Positions 16,627 to 25,190 of a stretch of 64,000 bases of DNA are shown one piece after another; the first letter of the stretch is position 1; the number at the start of each line of letters is the position of its first letter. Under the pieces are notes generated by a model, which was not told the DNA's origin, did no database searches, and saw nothing but the letters and a program-made list of their open reading frames with translations. A program made the position numbers and the translations under genes. Origin of the DNA: a virus; IMG/VR virus record IMGVR_UViG_3300028800_000003, positions 32,001 to 96,000 of that record. One strand, given 5' to 3'.

Positions 16627-18069
16627 ATGCGACAGCCGAGCGTCTACGAGCAACGCGCCCGCGAACTGTGTGCTGCCGACGGCATCGATCCTGAAAGCCG
16701 CGTGCCGTATCCCGGCAAGCCGAGCCGAACGATGCCGGCATGGGTGCCGTACAAGATCAAGGCAGAGCAGGAAGAACTGGCGAGCATCGCCGCTTCGGCG
16801 CTGCCGCTGCGCGGTCCCGACATGCTACCTCACATCAACCTGCGACCTGAAAATCAGATTGAGACAGACAATCTCAACGCCGTCGCCAAGACCATGATCG
16901 AGATCATGCGTCTGCCGACCATCGTCGACGGCGCGATCATGCCTGACGCCTGTCCGGTCGGGAAGGGCGAGATTCCTGTGGGCGGCGTCGTCGCTACCAA
17001 GGAAGCCATTCACCCTGGATTCCATTCGGCCGACATCTGCTGCTCGATGGCAGTGTCGATCTTCTCTACACCGGCAGATCGCGGTCCTGGCAAGGAAATC
17101 CTCGACGCCGGCATGAAGATCAGCCATTTCGGCGGCGGTGGCCGTCCGCATAGCCACGACATGCAGTGCTCGAATTCTCTGCTCGCCGAGTTCGAGAGCA
17201 ATCGCTTTCTGTCCAACATGATCGAGATGGCGCGCAAGCATTTCGGCACGCAAGGCGACGGCAATCATTTCTTCTATGTCGGCCGCGTTGCCTCGACGGG
17301 CCAGACAGCACTGGTGACACATCACGGCTCCCGCGCTCCTGGCGCGACGCTCTACAAGCTGGGCATGGACGTTGCAGAGGATTGGCGGCGCAAGTTGTGC
17401 CCGGAGGCGCCGAAGCAAGCCGCCTGGATTCCCAGTGAGACACGCGACGGCGAGGAATACTGGAAGGCGCTCCAGATCATCCGCACCTGGACGAAGAAGA
17501 ACCATTTCGCGATCCACGACGCGGTCTCCAAGCATCTCGGCTTGAGAGTCGTTGATCGCTTCTGGAACGAGCACAACTTCGTGTTCCGGAAGCCGGATGG
17601 TCTTTTCTACCACGCCAAGGGCGCGACTCCGGCCTTTCCGTATTGGGCCGCTGACGTATCAGACCACCTGACGCTGATCCCGCTCAACATGGCACAGCCG
17701 ATTCTGATCGCCAGTGGACTCAACGCGCCGCACGCGCTCGGCTTCGCCCCGCACGGCGCCGGCCGCAATATGAGTCGCACGGCGTATGAGCGGTCACTTG
17801 GCGAGATGGCGGTGAACGCCGACCATTTCGTCAAGTCACAGACGCCTGGATTGGACGTGCGCTTCTTCTGCGGCGTCCCTGACCTGTCGGAGTTGCCCGG
17901 CGCCTACAAGAACGCCGACGCGGTGCGTGCGCAGATTGATGAATTCGGTCTCGCCGAGATCGTCGATACCATCGAGCCGATCGGAACCATCATGGCAGGG
18001 GATTGGCAGGCCGACATGCCGTGGCGGAAGAAACGCCAGAAAAAGGTCGCGGAGGCCACCGCACAGTGA
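16627..18069 (+). CDS. rtcB: RtcB-family RNA ligase
   Basis: MPDAC, PVGGV, SADICCSM, GTQGDGNHF, HHGSR, NEHNF, HAKGAT, HGAGR.MSR, ELPGAYK. Confidence 0.9.
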   Translation: MRQPSVYEQRARELCAADGIDPESRVPYPGKPSRTMPAWVPYKIKAEQEELASIAASALPLRGPDMLPHINLRPENQIETDNLNAVAKTMIEIMRLPTIVDGAIMPDACPVGKGEIPVGGVVATKEAIHPGFHSADICCSMAVSIFSTPADRGPGKEILDAGMKISHFGGGGRPHSHDMQCSNSLLAEFESNRFLSNMIEMARKHFGTQGDGNHFFYVGRVASTGQTALVTHHGSRAPGATLYKLGMDVAEDWRRKLCPEAPKQAAWIPSETRDGEEYWKALQIIRTWTKKNHFAIHDAVSKHLGLRVVDRFWNEHNFVFRKPDGLFYHAKGATPAFPYWAADVSDHLTLIPLNMAQPILIASGLNAPHALGFAPHGAGRNMSRTAYERSLGEMAVNADHFVKSQTPGLDVRFFCGVPDLSELPGAYKNADAVRAQIDEFGLAEIVDTIEPIGTIMAGDWQADMPWRKKRQKKVAEATAQ

Positions 18070-18157
18070 TCGCTGTCGTCATCACATTCATTTTCGGAGC
18101 GGTCGCGTTCTACATGGCGATACGACCTGGGAAGCAAGCTCAACGAGGGACCAACTC

Positions 18158-18319
18158 ATGATTCGCAAGCGTCGCTGGAAAGAGTCGCGCCGCGTCGGCG
18201 CCCAAGCAATCATCTGGGCGATGGAAGGCTGGTATCTGTTCGGTCTCATCCCGCTCTACGTGCGCGACATCGAACCGCGCGGCGTCTACGGCTACGTCGG
18301 AGATCAACCAAATGGCTGA
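18158..18319 (+). CDS. Hypothetical protein
   Basis: GAGG RBS; EGWYLFGLIPLYVR. Confidence 0.5.
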   Translation: MIRKRRWKESRRVGAQAIIWAMEGWYLFGLIPLYVRDIEPRGVYGYVGDQPNG

Positions 18320-18488
18320 CAAGGAATTCACCGTCACGGGCCGCTTCGTTATGCACGGTACGGCCACGGTGCGAGCGCAAAATCTGAGTGAGGCGCGCGA
18401 TAAATTCAACAACGGTGATTTTGATCGCGATCCAGGCGCTGAGTGCGTCGACTGGCAAGCTGAGAAGGTCGAAGAAAACGATGGGTAA
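18312..18488 (+). CDS. Hypothetical protein (58 aa, not in ORF track)
   Basis: MADKEFTVTGRF...; GGAG RBS; overlaps both neighbours. Confidence 0.5.
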   Translation: MADKEFTVTGRFVMHGTATVRAQNLSEARDKFNNGDFDRDPGAECVDWQAEKVEENDG

Positions 18489-18882
18489 AGTGATTCCGTG
18501 GGCAAAAGAACAGATAGACTATCTGAAAGAGCGCAAGGCGGCCGGCGACAGTCCTACCATCATCGGTCGAGCCCTCGGCAGGAGTCGCAACTCAGTCATG
18601 GGCAAGTCCGTCAGACTTGGCCTTGGAGCCTGGGATAGCGATTGCACTATGGAACGCGACGGGTACGGCCATTTCAAATCGCTGCCGCCAGTCGCGCAGA
18701 CAAGCGCGCAACGAAAACGCGCCGCCGACGCCCGCGAAGCGCAAGCCAACATCGTTAAAGAGCGGCGCAATAAATACGCTCTAACCATAAAGCGCACCCA
18801 TTCTTACCAATCCAAGGAAGACTTACGCCGGATGTTTGAGCGGGCGTGGGTCAACACCGCCAAAACCGGAGCGGCAGCATGA
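18481..18882 (+). CDS. GcrA-like cell-cycle regulator (N-terminal HTH)
   Basis: WAKEQIDYLKE...GDSPTIIGRALGRSRNSVMGKSVRLGL resembles the GcrA N-terminus. Confidence 0.75.
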   Translation: MGKVIPWAKEQIDYLKERKAAGDSPTIIGRALGRSRNSVMGKSVRLGLGAWDSDCTMERDGYGHFKSLPPVAQTSAQRKRAADAREAQANIVKERRNKYALTIKRTHSYQSKEDLRRMFERAWVNTAKTGAAA

Positions 18883-19457
18883 TCAAGCGTCTCGGCAATT
18901 GGTTCAAATCGCGTCGCGCGCTTCTCGACGAACTGAATGAGGAGCGCCAGATCGCGCATTACTTTAGCGCGATCGTCAAAAAGGATTTCGACAACGTTCC
19001 GTTGGTCGATCAGAGTCTTGGCGAGGATGGTCTGAGAATGGCGTTCAAGTCGCCAGGTTTTGCCGGGCTGCTCGCCGCATTCATGGCGCAGTCGCTCAAA
19101 TCGTGTGGCGCCAAGGCTTACGTCGAGATGCGAGCAATCCATCCCGATTACGGATCGATGATCTTCTCTGTCAGGCGTGAAGCTGGCGAGACGCCGGCCG
19201 AAAAAGCACATCGGATGGAGGAACGCGTCACCGAACTGGAACGCTCTTTCGATTTGCGCTGGAAGGCCGATCAGCGTGCCATCAAGCGCTGGCAGGCTGC
19301 GCATCCTGGCAATGATCTGATCTGGCCGGATCATGCCGACCTGTGCGTCTGGCTGATGGAGCAACTTGAACAACGCCAAGCCGCACTCATCGAGATCGCC
19401 GAGCACGATCCCAAATCGCCAGCCGCTGCCATCGTGCGTCACGTCAATGGTGGATGA
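18879..19457 (+). CDS. Hypothetical phage protein
   Basis: 192-aa ORF, ATGA overlap. Confidence 0.6.
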   Translation: MIKRLGNWFKSRRALLDELNEERQIAHYFSAIVKKDFDNVPLVDQSLGEDGLRMAFKSPGFAGLLAAFMAQSLKSCGAKAYVEMRAIHPDYGSMIFSVRREAGETPAEKAHRMEERVTELERSFDLRWKADQRAIKRWQAAHPGNDLIWPDHADLCVWLMEQLEQRQAALIEIAEHDPKSPAAAIVRHVNGG

Positions 19458-20171
19458 ATGCGGGAGATTATTCTCGACACAGAAACGACCGGATTCGATC
19501 CTGCCGAAGGACACAGGATCGTCGAGATCGGCTGTGTCGAACTGATCGACAGGAGGCACACCGGCAAGACGTGGCATGTCTATCTGAATCCAGAACGTAC
19601 CATGCCGAAAGATGCCGAGGCGGTGCATGGCTTGACCGAGGAATTTCTCGCCGACAAGCCGGTATTTGCTGCTGTCGCTGCCGATCTTCTGGCATTCATC
19701 GGCAATTCCCAGATGGTGGCGCACAACGCGCCATTCGATCTGGCTTTCCTCAACGCCGAACTGGAACGCTCCGGCCAATTGCCGCTGGAGCACGATCGCA
19801 TCACCGATACGCTGGAGCTGGCGCGCGAAAAGCTGCCAGGCTCGCCGAATACGCTCGATGCACTATGCAGGCGCTTTGACATCAACACCACGCGCCGCGG
19901 TAAGCACGGCGCATTGATCGATGCCGATCTGCTGGCGCAGGTCTACATCGAACTGGTTGTCGAACGTTCACCCGAGTTTGATTTCAGCGCACACCGCGAA
20001 GCGCCGGTCCTTGCCTTGCCGGGCAAACGCATTCGACCGCTTCCGCTGGCGCCGCGGCTGACAGAGGCCGACATTGCTGCACACCGCGCATTCGTTGCGG
20101 CTGCTGTGACGGCGCCAATCTGGGACGACTATTGGCTGGAGGTTAACGACGTGAAGGAACAAGCAGCATGA
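19458..20171 (+). CDS. dnaQ: DNA polymerase III epsilon subunit (host-like)
   Basis: MREIILDTETTG...HRIVEIGCVEL...VAHNAPFD...LDALCRRF...HGALIDADLLAQVY; C-terminal AAHRAFV...PIW. Confidence 0.88.
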   Translation: MREIILDTETTGFDPAEGHRIVEIGCVELIDRRHTGKTWHVYLNPERTMPKDAEAVHGLTEEFLADKPVFAAVAADLLAFIGNSQMVAHNAPFDLAFLNAELERSGQLPLEHDRITDTLELAREKLPGSPNTLDALCRRFDINTTRRGKHGALIDADLLAQVYIELVVERSPEFDFSAHREAPVLALPGKRIRPLPLAPRLTEADIAAHRAFVAAAVTAPIWDDYWLEVNDVKEQAA

Positions 20172-20515
20172 AACTGTCCGACTGCCTACTGAGCGCCGCC
20201 ATTCTGTTGATGTCGGCTGGAATTGCTCTGATCATCGTATGGCCGCGCCCGGTCAAGGTCATCAAGGAGCCGCCACAGATCATTCGCGTCGAGGTCCCGG
20301 TGCCGGCGCCGGCCACGCCACCGGCGGTGAAGCCGCCGACTCCGGCCATTGTTCCAATGCCAGAGCCGCGCCCGCAGCATCGTTTCTTTCCGCATCGGCG
20401 GATCGTCCGGCGTCCGCATCATCAGCATCGCTTTCATCGGCGGCCGATTCATATGGCCCAGCCAGCGCCAGCGCCGGGATGCTTTTTCATATTCTGCGGA
20501 GACCAAAATACATGA
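20168..20515 (+). CDS. Pro/His-rich membrane-anchored protein
   Basis: N-terminal TM segment, Pro-rich linker. Confidence 0.55.
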   Translation: MKLSDCLLSAAILLMSAGIALIIVWPRPVKVIKEPPQIIRVEVPVPAPATPPAVKPPTPAIVPMPEPRPQHRFFPHRRIVRRPHHQHRFHRRPIHMAQPAPAPGCFFIFCGDQNT

Positions 20516-20925
20516 GAATTCTGGTTTGCGGTGGTCGCCACTACGCCGATTGCGTGTTGCTATGGAAAACACTTGACGGTTATCTGAAACGCGCTTGGGA
20601 CGAAGCGCAGCGCTTGATCATCATCGAGGGCGGTTGCGAAACCGGCGCCGATTTTCTCGCGCGCGAATGGGCTCGCAAATATCCAAATCGAGTTGAATTG
20701 ATCGACGAACCGGCGAAATGGAGCGACCTGACCCAGCCTGGCGCCGTGATCCGCAAGCGCCGGGATGGCACCGAATACGATGCCAAGGCAGGTCCGCGCC
20801 GCAATCGCAAGATGCTGAAATATCGGCCGCATAAGGTGCTCGCCTTCCCTGGGGGCAAAGGCACCAACAGCATGTGCGAACTTGCGCGCGAGGCCGGCAT
20901 CGAGGTCGAGAAGATCGGATGGTGA
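20512..20925 (+). CDS. SLOG-family (YspA/DUF2493-like) protein
   Basis: MRILVCGGRHY...IIEGG..GADFLA.EWA...AGPRRNRKML...VLAFPGGKGT..M...A. Confidence 0.85.
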   Translation: MRILVCGGRHYADCVLLWKTLDGYLKRAWDEAQRLIIIEGGCETGADFLAREWARKYPNRVELIDEPAKWSDLTQPGAVIRKRRDGTEYDAKAGPRRNRKMLKYRPHKVLAFPGGKGTNSMCELAREAGIEVEKIGW

Positions 20926-21137
20926 TCTTTCTGGTCAAGCGTGAGCCACGACAACATGCCGAGATTTACGAAATGCTCAAACGATCGATCGGAGAGGTCG
21001 CGGCCACGCGGTGGATGTTCAAGAGCAATTTCTGGCTTGGCGGCTGTTCGCCGGTCGAAGCAATACGTGCCGGACACTATCTCGACGTGAAGGAGATCGC
21101 GCAGCAGCGGGCAGAGGAAGAAGAATCGGCGACATGA
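20919..21137 (+). CDS. Xre/MbcA/ParS antitoxin C-terminal domain (DUF2384)-like protein
   Basis: GEVAATRWM...N..LGGCSPVEAI..G...V. Confidence 0.55.
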   Translation: MVIFLVKREPRQHAEIYEMLKRSIGEVAATRWMFKSNFWLGGCSPVEAIRAGHYLDVKEIAQQRAEEEESAT

Positions 21138-21607
21138 GCGATGCAATCGACGATGCGCTCCTGGCGATGCAAAACGCCATCGGCATCGAACGCAAGGACG
21201 ACAAACCAGAAAGCGACTTCCAACGCGGTGTCGCTCGTGCTGCCGGCCCTCCAGGTGCTGCCGGAGCCAGCGGCGGATTTGTTCCTGGGGCAACCGGTAT
21301 GATGTATCCCGGTCCGATCGGTGCGACTGGCATAACCTTCCGAGTTGGCGTTGTGCCAAAGACTGCGGCGCCGAAAGTCGAATCTGAGTTCCCGCAAGAG
21401 AAATACGTTTGCGTTGGCGGCGCCGCTGATGGCTTTCCCCTTGCATACGACTCTTTCAAGGATCGCACTGACATCTTTATCAAGGGCGCCACCTATACGC
21501 GTCGCAAGCTGTCGGTCGACGGAAACACCATCGCCGTCTTCGGTCACTACGCCATGTCTGATCTGGAGGTGATGCTGGCTTTGTTGGACGGGTATCGGCG
21601 GCAATGA
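21134..21607 (+). CDS. Hypothetical protein
   Basis: ATGA overlaps; short Gly-X-Y stretch. Confidence 0.55.
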   Translation: MSDAIDDALLAMQNAIGIERKDDKPESDFQRGVARAAGPPGAAGASGGFVPGATGMMYPGPIGATGITFRVGVVPKTAAPKVESEFPQEKYVCVGGAADGFPLAYDSFKDRTDIFIKGATYTRRKLSVDGNTIAVFGHYAMSDLEVMLALLDGYRRQ

Positions 21608-21999
21608 GTGAATTGTTTTCATTGGAGGAAGCCGCGCGGCGACTCTGCAAGACTAAGACATGGCTGGCGGAATGGCTACGCCACCATCCTGTGGATGACA
21701 ACGGTGATCCATTCTATACTCCGGTTGGTCGCACCAAAATCCTCGACGATCGCGATGTGAATCGCATCAGAGACAAGTTGCGTGAGGAAGAACGATGCCG
21801 CTTAAACTCCAGCCCCCGCGTCAAGGCACGACGGCGAGCTACTATGTCCGCGGATCATACCTCGGCGTCTTTGTGGATCGAAGCACGAAGACTGCTGACC
21901 GAAGGCTCGCCGAGAAAATCCGCAAGCAATGGGAACGCGAGATCGAGGATGGCATCTTCGCCCAGCCCGGCGAAGCAACATTCCTCTCGGCAGCGGTAA
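21604..21999 (+). CDS. Excisionase-like HTH protein
   Basis: LFSLEEAARRL...WL...VGRTKIL...DV; overlaps the integrase start. Confidence 0.65.
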   Translation: MSELFSLEEAARRLCKTKTWLAEWLRHHPVDDNGDPFYTPVGRTKILDDRDVNRIRDKLREEERCRLNSSPRVKARRRATMSADHTSASLWIEARRLLTEGSPRKSASNGNARSRMASSPSPAKQHSSRQR

Positions 22000-22862
22000 G
22001 CTACATGGCGCATGGCGGCGAGCGCCGGCCAATCCAGAAGCTGCTCGACCATTTCAAGGAGAAGCCTCTCCGGCAGATCGACCAGAAGGCAATCGATGAT
22101 GCCGCCATCGCCTTGTTCCCTGACGCCGCGCCAGCGACGCGCAACCGCGAGGTCTACACGCCAGTCAGTGCCGTTTTGAAGCACGCCGGCATCACCACGC
22201 CACTGCGGCGCCCAAAGGGCTCGCGCGGCCGCGTGATCCGCAAATGGCTGTGGCCCGAGGAGGCTTGGCGCGTAATCGATGCCGCCTATCGGATCGAGCC
22301 GGAGATAGGCTTGCTCTGCGTCATGCTGCTATTCGACGGTCTGCGCATCACCGAGCAACTAGCGATGCGATGCAATGACGTGCGGCTCGATGAAGGCTTC
22401 GCCTTCGTGCCGGACTCCAAGAACGGCGAGCCGCAGCCCATCGAATTAACCGCCTATGCGATCGAGAAGCTACGTGAGCATCCGCGCGGCCTTGACCGCG
22501 GCAGCGAACGCCTATTCCGGTTCCACAAGGGCGGCGGTCTCGATTTCAAGTTGATCCAGGCCTGCTGCCTGGCATCCGGCGTCGAGGTGCCGAAGCGCGT
22601 TAAACGCGGCTCCAAGTGGCCAGAACTGCCTGCCTATGAGTTTGAATGGGTAAGCTGGCATTCCTTCCGCCGAACCTACGCGACGTGGATGCGGCGCTAC
22701 GGTGGGCTCGACGACAAGGACTTGCGCGACACCGGCCGATGGAAGACGGTGGAGTCCGCATCGCGTTATGCGCAAACGGTTACGAGTGAGGCTGCCCGCA
22801 AGGTTCACCTGCTACCCGTGCCCGGTCGTGTGCTGCCGATGGCAAAAGATGACGTTGTGTGA
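21795..22862 (+). CDS. int: Tyrosine integrase
   Basis: GLRITE (R), SKNG (K), HSFRRTYATW (HxxR), GRWK (W), SRYA (Y). Confidence 0.9.
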   Translation: MPLKLQPPRQGTTASYYVRGSYLGVFVDRSTKTADRRLAEKIRKQWEREIEDGIFAQPGEATFLSAAVSYMAHGGERRPIQKLLDHFKEKPLRQIDQKAIDDAAIALFPDAAPATRNREVYTPVSAVLKHAGITTPLRRPKGSRGRVIRKWLWPEEAWRVIDAAYRIEPEIGLLCVMLLFDGLRITEQLAMRCNDVRLDEGFAFVPDSKNGEPQPIELTAYAIEKLREHPRGLDRGSERLFRFHKGGGLDFKLIQACCLASGVEVPKRVKRGSKWPELPAYEFEWVSWHSFRRTYATWMRRYGGLDDKDLRDTGRWKTVESASRYAQTVTSEAARKVHLLPVPGRVLPMAKDDVV

Positions 22863-23100
22863 ACGGCGTGTGAAATCGACTTTCAGGTCGATAAGTTATT
22901 GATTTTGTTGGGTGGGTGTCGCCCTTCACACGGGAGAGGTCGTAGGTTCAATCCCTACAGCGCCCACCAGCTAAGCTCTGATTTCACTTACCTTTTTCCA
23001 TTTGGCGAAATTTCTCAGAATCAGCTTCGATCAGAACGGATCATGAAAACTCAGGCTAGACCTGTGTGAAATCCGTGTGATTTGATCACCATCCGTTCAC
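22855..23100 (+). mobile_element. attP region: tRNA-Val(CAC) 3'-half core (22922-22969) flanked by GTGTGA arm-type repeats
   Basis: CCCTTCACACGGGAGAGGTCGTAGGTTCAATCCCTACAGCGCCCACCA has an anticodon loop, T arm and CCA but no D arm; paired GTGTGA repeats at ~22857-22874 and ~23064-23080. Confidence 0.85.
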
Positions 23101-23201
23101 GCAGAAATCGCTTGACGCCGTCTCGCCGTGCCGTGTAGGACGCGGTTTAACGCGGAAATAACCGCGTCGTAACCGTAACCCCCGCTCGACACGGAGCCAT
23201 C

Positions 23202-23531
23202 ATGAAGAAGCTGACTGTAGCAGCCACAGCGCTGCTGGCAATGCTCACGGTGACGCCTGCCCTGGCGCAGACCGGAATTGCCTCGATCTATGACCGTGGC
23301 CCAACGGCATCAGGCATCCATTTCAACCCGCGGGCGTTCACCGCGGCGTCGAAGACACTGCCGCTCGGCTCCTATGCCCGCGTCACCAATCTGCACAACG
23401 GCCGCTCTGTCGTCGTGCGGATTATCGATCGCGGCCCTTATATGCGGGGTCGGATCATCGATCTGACGCCGGCCGCGGCGCGCGCCATCGGCAACAGCGG
23501 CCTCGCCCATGTCAGCGTGGAGGCGCTGTAA
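23202..23531 (+). CDS. RlpA-like lytic transglycosylase (DPBB), exported
   Basis: Signal peptide; GIASIY...TASG...TAASKTLPLGS...VRIIDRGPY..GRIIDL...AA..IG. Confidence 0.85.
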   Translation: MKKLTVAATALLAMLTVTPALAQTGIASIYDRGPTASGIHFNPRAFTAASKTLPLGSYARVTNLHNGRSVVVRIIDRGPYMRGRIIDLTPAAARAIGNSGLAHVSVEAL

Positions 23532-24067
23532 TGAAGCGTCTCGCCCTCGCCTTGGCGGCGTCTGTCGCGTTCTATGCGTCACCCGCCCTCGCCCATCCGC
23601 ATTACCATTCCCACCATCACCGCTACGAGCACGTCTGGCGACACAGAGCCGCGCGCTGGCGCGGTTTCAGCCGACCCTGGGGTAACGACGACGGCAAAGT
23701 CTGGGGCCGCCACGACGCGGCTGGCTGGGGCGGCCGACGCGGGTATATCGGAGGGGGCAACGACGCCCGCGCTCGCGCGCAAGGTTTGCCGGACTGCGGC
23801 GCCTACATGGCCGACCTGTTCGGCTTTGTCGGCAAGGTGGGCCGGGAACTGTGGGTCGCCGCCAACTGGGCGCACATGGGCCACGCCACCGAGCCGCATC
23901 CGGGCGCAGTCGCGGTCTGGCGGCATCACGTCGTCAAGATCGTCGGCGGACAGGACGGCCATGACCGCTGGCTGGTGCAGGACAATCACGGCCGCGGCGG
24001 CAGCCACACCTATTACCGCTCGCTGCATGGCGTCATCGCCATCCGCGACATCGGCGGCACGGGCTGA
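23531..24067 (+). CDS. Exported CHAP/NlpC-like Cys-His protein
   Basis: Signal peptide; DCGAYM...AANWAHMG...PGAVAVWRHHV...QDN. Confidence 0.6.
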   Translation: MKRLALALAASVAFYASPALAHPHYHSHHHRYEHVWRHRAARWRGFSRPWGNDDGKVWGRHDAAGWGGRRGYIGGGNDARARAQGLPDCGAYMADLFGFVGKVGRELWVAANWAHMGHATEPHPGAVAVWRHHVVKIVGGQDGHDRWLVQDNHGRGGSHTYYRSLHGVIAIRDIGGTG

Positions 24068-24071
24068 ACAA

Positions 24072-24227
24072 ATGAAGCGGTTCGGCATGACCGTCGTTCA
24101 GCTCGTCTCGCATCTGATCGAGCACGGCTATCCCGCCGACTTTGCCAGAACCTACGCGCGCAACTGGCACGAGTCTTTCATCAACACGCGTCTGCCGGCG
24201 CCAGGGCTCCTCAAGAGACTCCCATGA
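24072..24227 (+). CDS. Hypothetical protein
   Basis: Small ORF in operon. Confidence 0.45.
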   Translation: MKRFGMTVVQLVSHLIEHGYPADFARTYARNWHESFINTRLPAPGLLKRLP

Positions 24228-24424
24228 ACCGCAAACCAATCTATCACGAGACCAACCCGCGTTTCCGAGTCATCTCTGTGCCAAACGGTCAATGGCAGGC
24301 GCAACGTCGCCTCGACGTTCCGTCATCGAATACGGTGGACCCGTGGGCCAACATCGGCGGCCCTGATCCGATCGATGTCGCGCAGGCGCGGATGCAGGCT
24401 GCGGCCGAGACGAAGAAAAAATGA
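24224..24424 (+). CDS. Hypothetical protein
   Basis: 66 aa, ATGA overlaps. Confidence 0.5.
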   Translation: MNRKPIYHETNPRFRVISVPNGQWQAQRRLDVPSSNTVDPWANIGGPDPIDVAQARMQAAAETKKK

Positions 24425-24753
24425 CCCGCCGCACGACCGAACGTCTGATCGATCTCCTGGAGACCGTCAACGCCACGGCGATCGACAACGACGGCGGCAA
24501 GCCCGGTGAATTTCTCGCCGCGCTCTGCCGCGAGGCAGCGCAGCGTCTGCGCGATCTGCAAAAAGGGCAACGTTTCACGACGGCGCAAGACCGGCACGTT
24601 GCCGAACTTGCTGCTCACGTCGAGGAATTGGGTCCGCCGCTGCGTAGCTTCGACGACACATTCAGCGCGACGACCGTCATCATGGACAAATTCTTCCCGC
24701 GCCGCAACGACGATGGCATGCCGATCATCAACGAAGGCGATCACGGCTGTTGA
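24421..24753 (+). CDS. Hypothetical protein
   Basis: 110 aa, ATGA overlap. Confidence 0.55.
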   Translation: MTRRTTERLIDLLETVNATAIDNDGGKPGEFLAALCREAAQRLRDLQKGQRFTTAQDRHVAELAAHVEELGPPLRSFDDTFSATTVIMDKFFPRRNDDGMPIINEGDHGC

Positions 24754-24758
24754 TCTAC

Positions 24759-24914
24759 GGAAGGTAGCATAGACCAGGTTTTAATGCAGGTGCAGTGTAT
24801 TCCAGTAGGCGAGTGTTTGCCGTCAGCATAGCGGGCATTCTGTAAAGCGGGACGCCGCGAGCCGAAAAGTAAGCTGCACGTCGAAGAATGGTTCAAGCCC
24901 ATTCCCTTCCACCG
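24759..24914 (+). ncRNA. tRNA-like RNA with 78-nt structured insert at the anticodon loop
   Basis: Acceptor GGAAGG/CCTTCC-A; D stem GCAT/ATGC with GG in loop; stem GTGCAG/CTGCAC; T arm GAATGG-TTCAAGC-CCATTC. Confidence 0.65.
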
Positions 24915-24917
24915 AAC

Positions 24918-24959
24918 AAAAAAGAGCCGCCCCAGGGAATCCCCGAGGCGGCTTTTTTG
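24918..24959. terminator. Probable bidirectional intrinsic terminator
   Basis: AAAAAAGAGCCGCC...GGCGGCTTTTTT. Confidence 0.75.
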
Positions 24960-25190
24960 TCAGATTGTCGCACCCGAAAAGCGCGATGAATTGCGAACTT
25001 GTTGCCGCCGACTTTATTTGCTCGACCAGAGAAACACGCATGACATCGTGTCAAGGTTTTGCGATCTGATAACGGTTGCTGCGATGTCACGCGGACTTGC
25101 GCGCCGAAAACCGACCCGTTTCGCCAATTCCAGATAGTGCGATGATTATATTAGCAGCATCAACCCCTATCAAAGGAGCAAACAAACAAG

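Noticed and set aside
22922-22969. Complete tRNA-Val gene
   Set aside because: The 5' acceptor strand and D arm are absent; it is an att core
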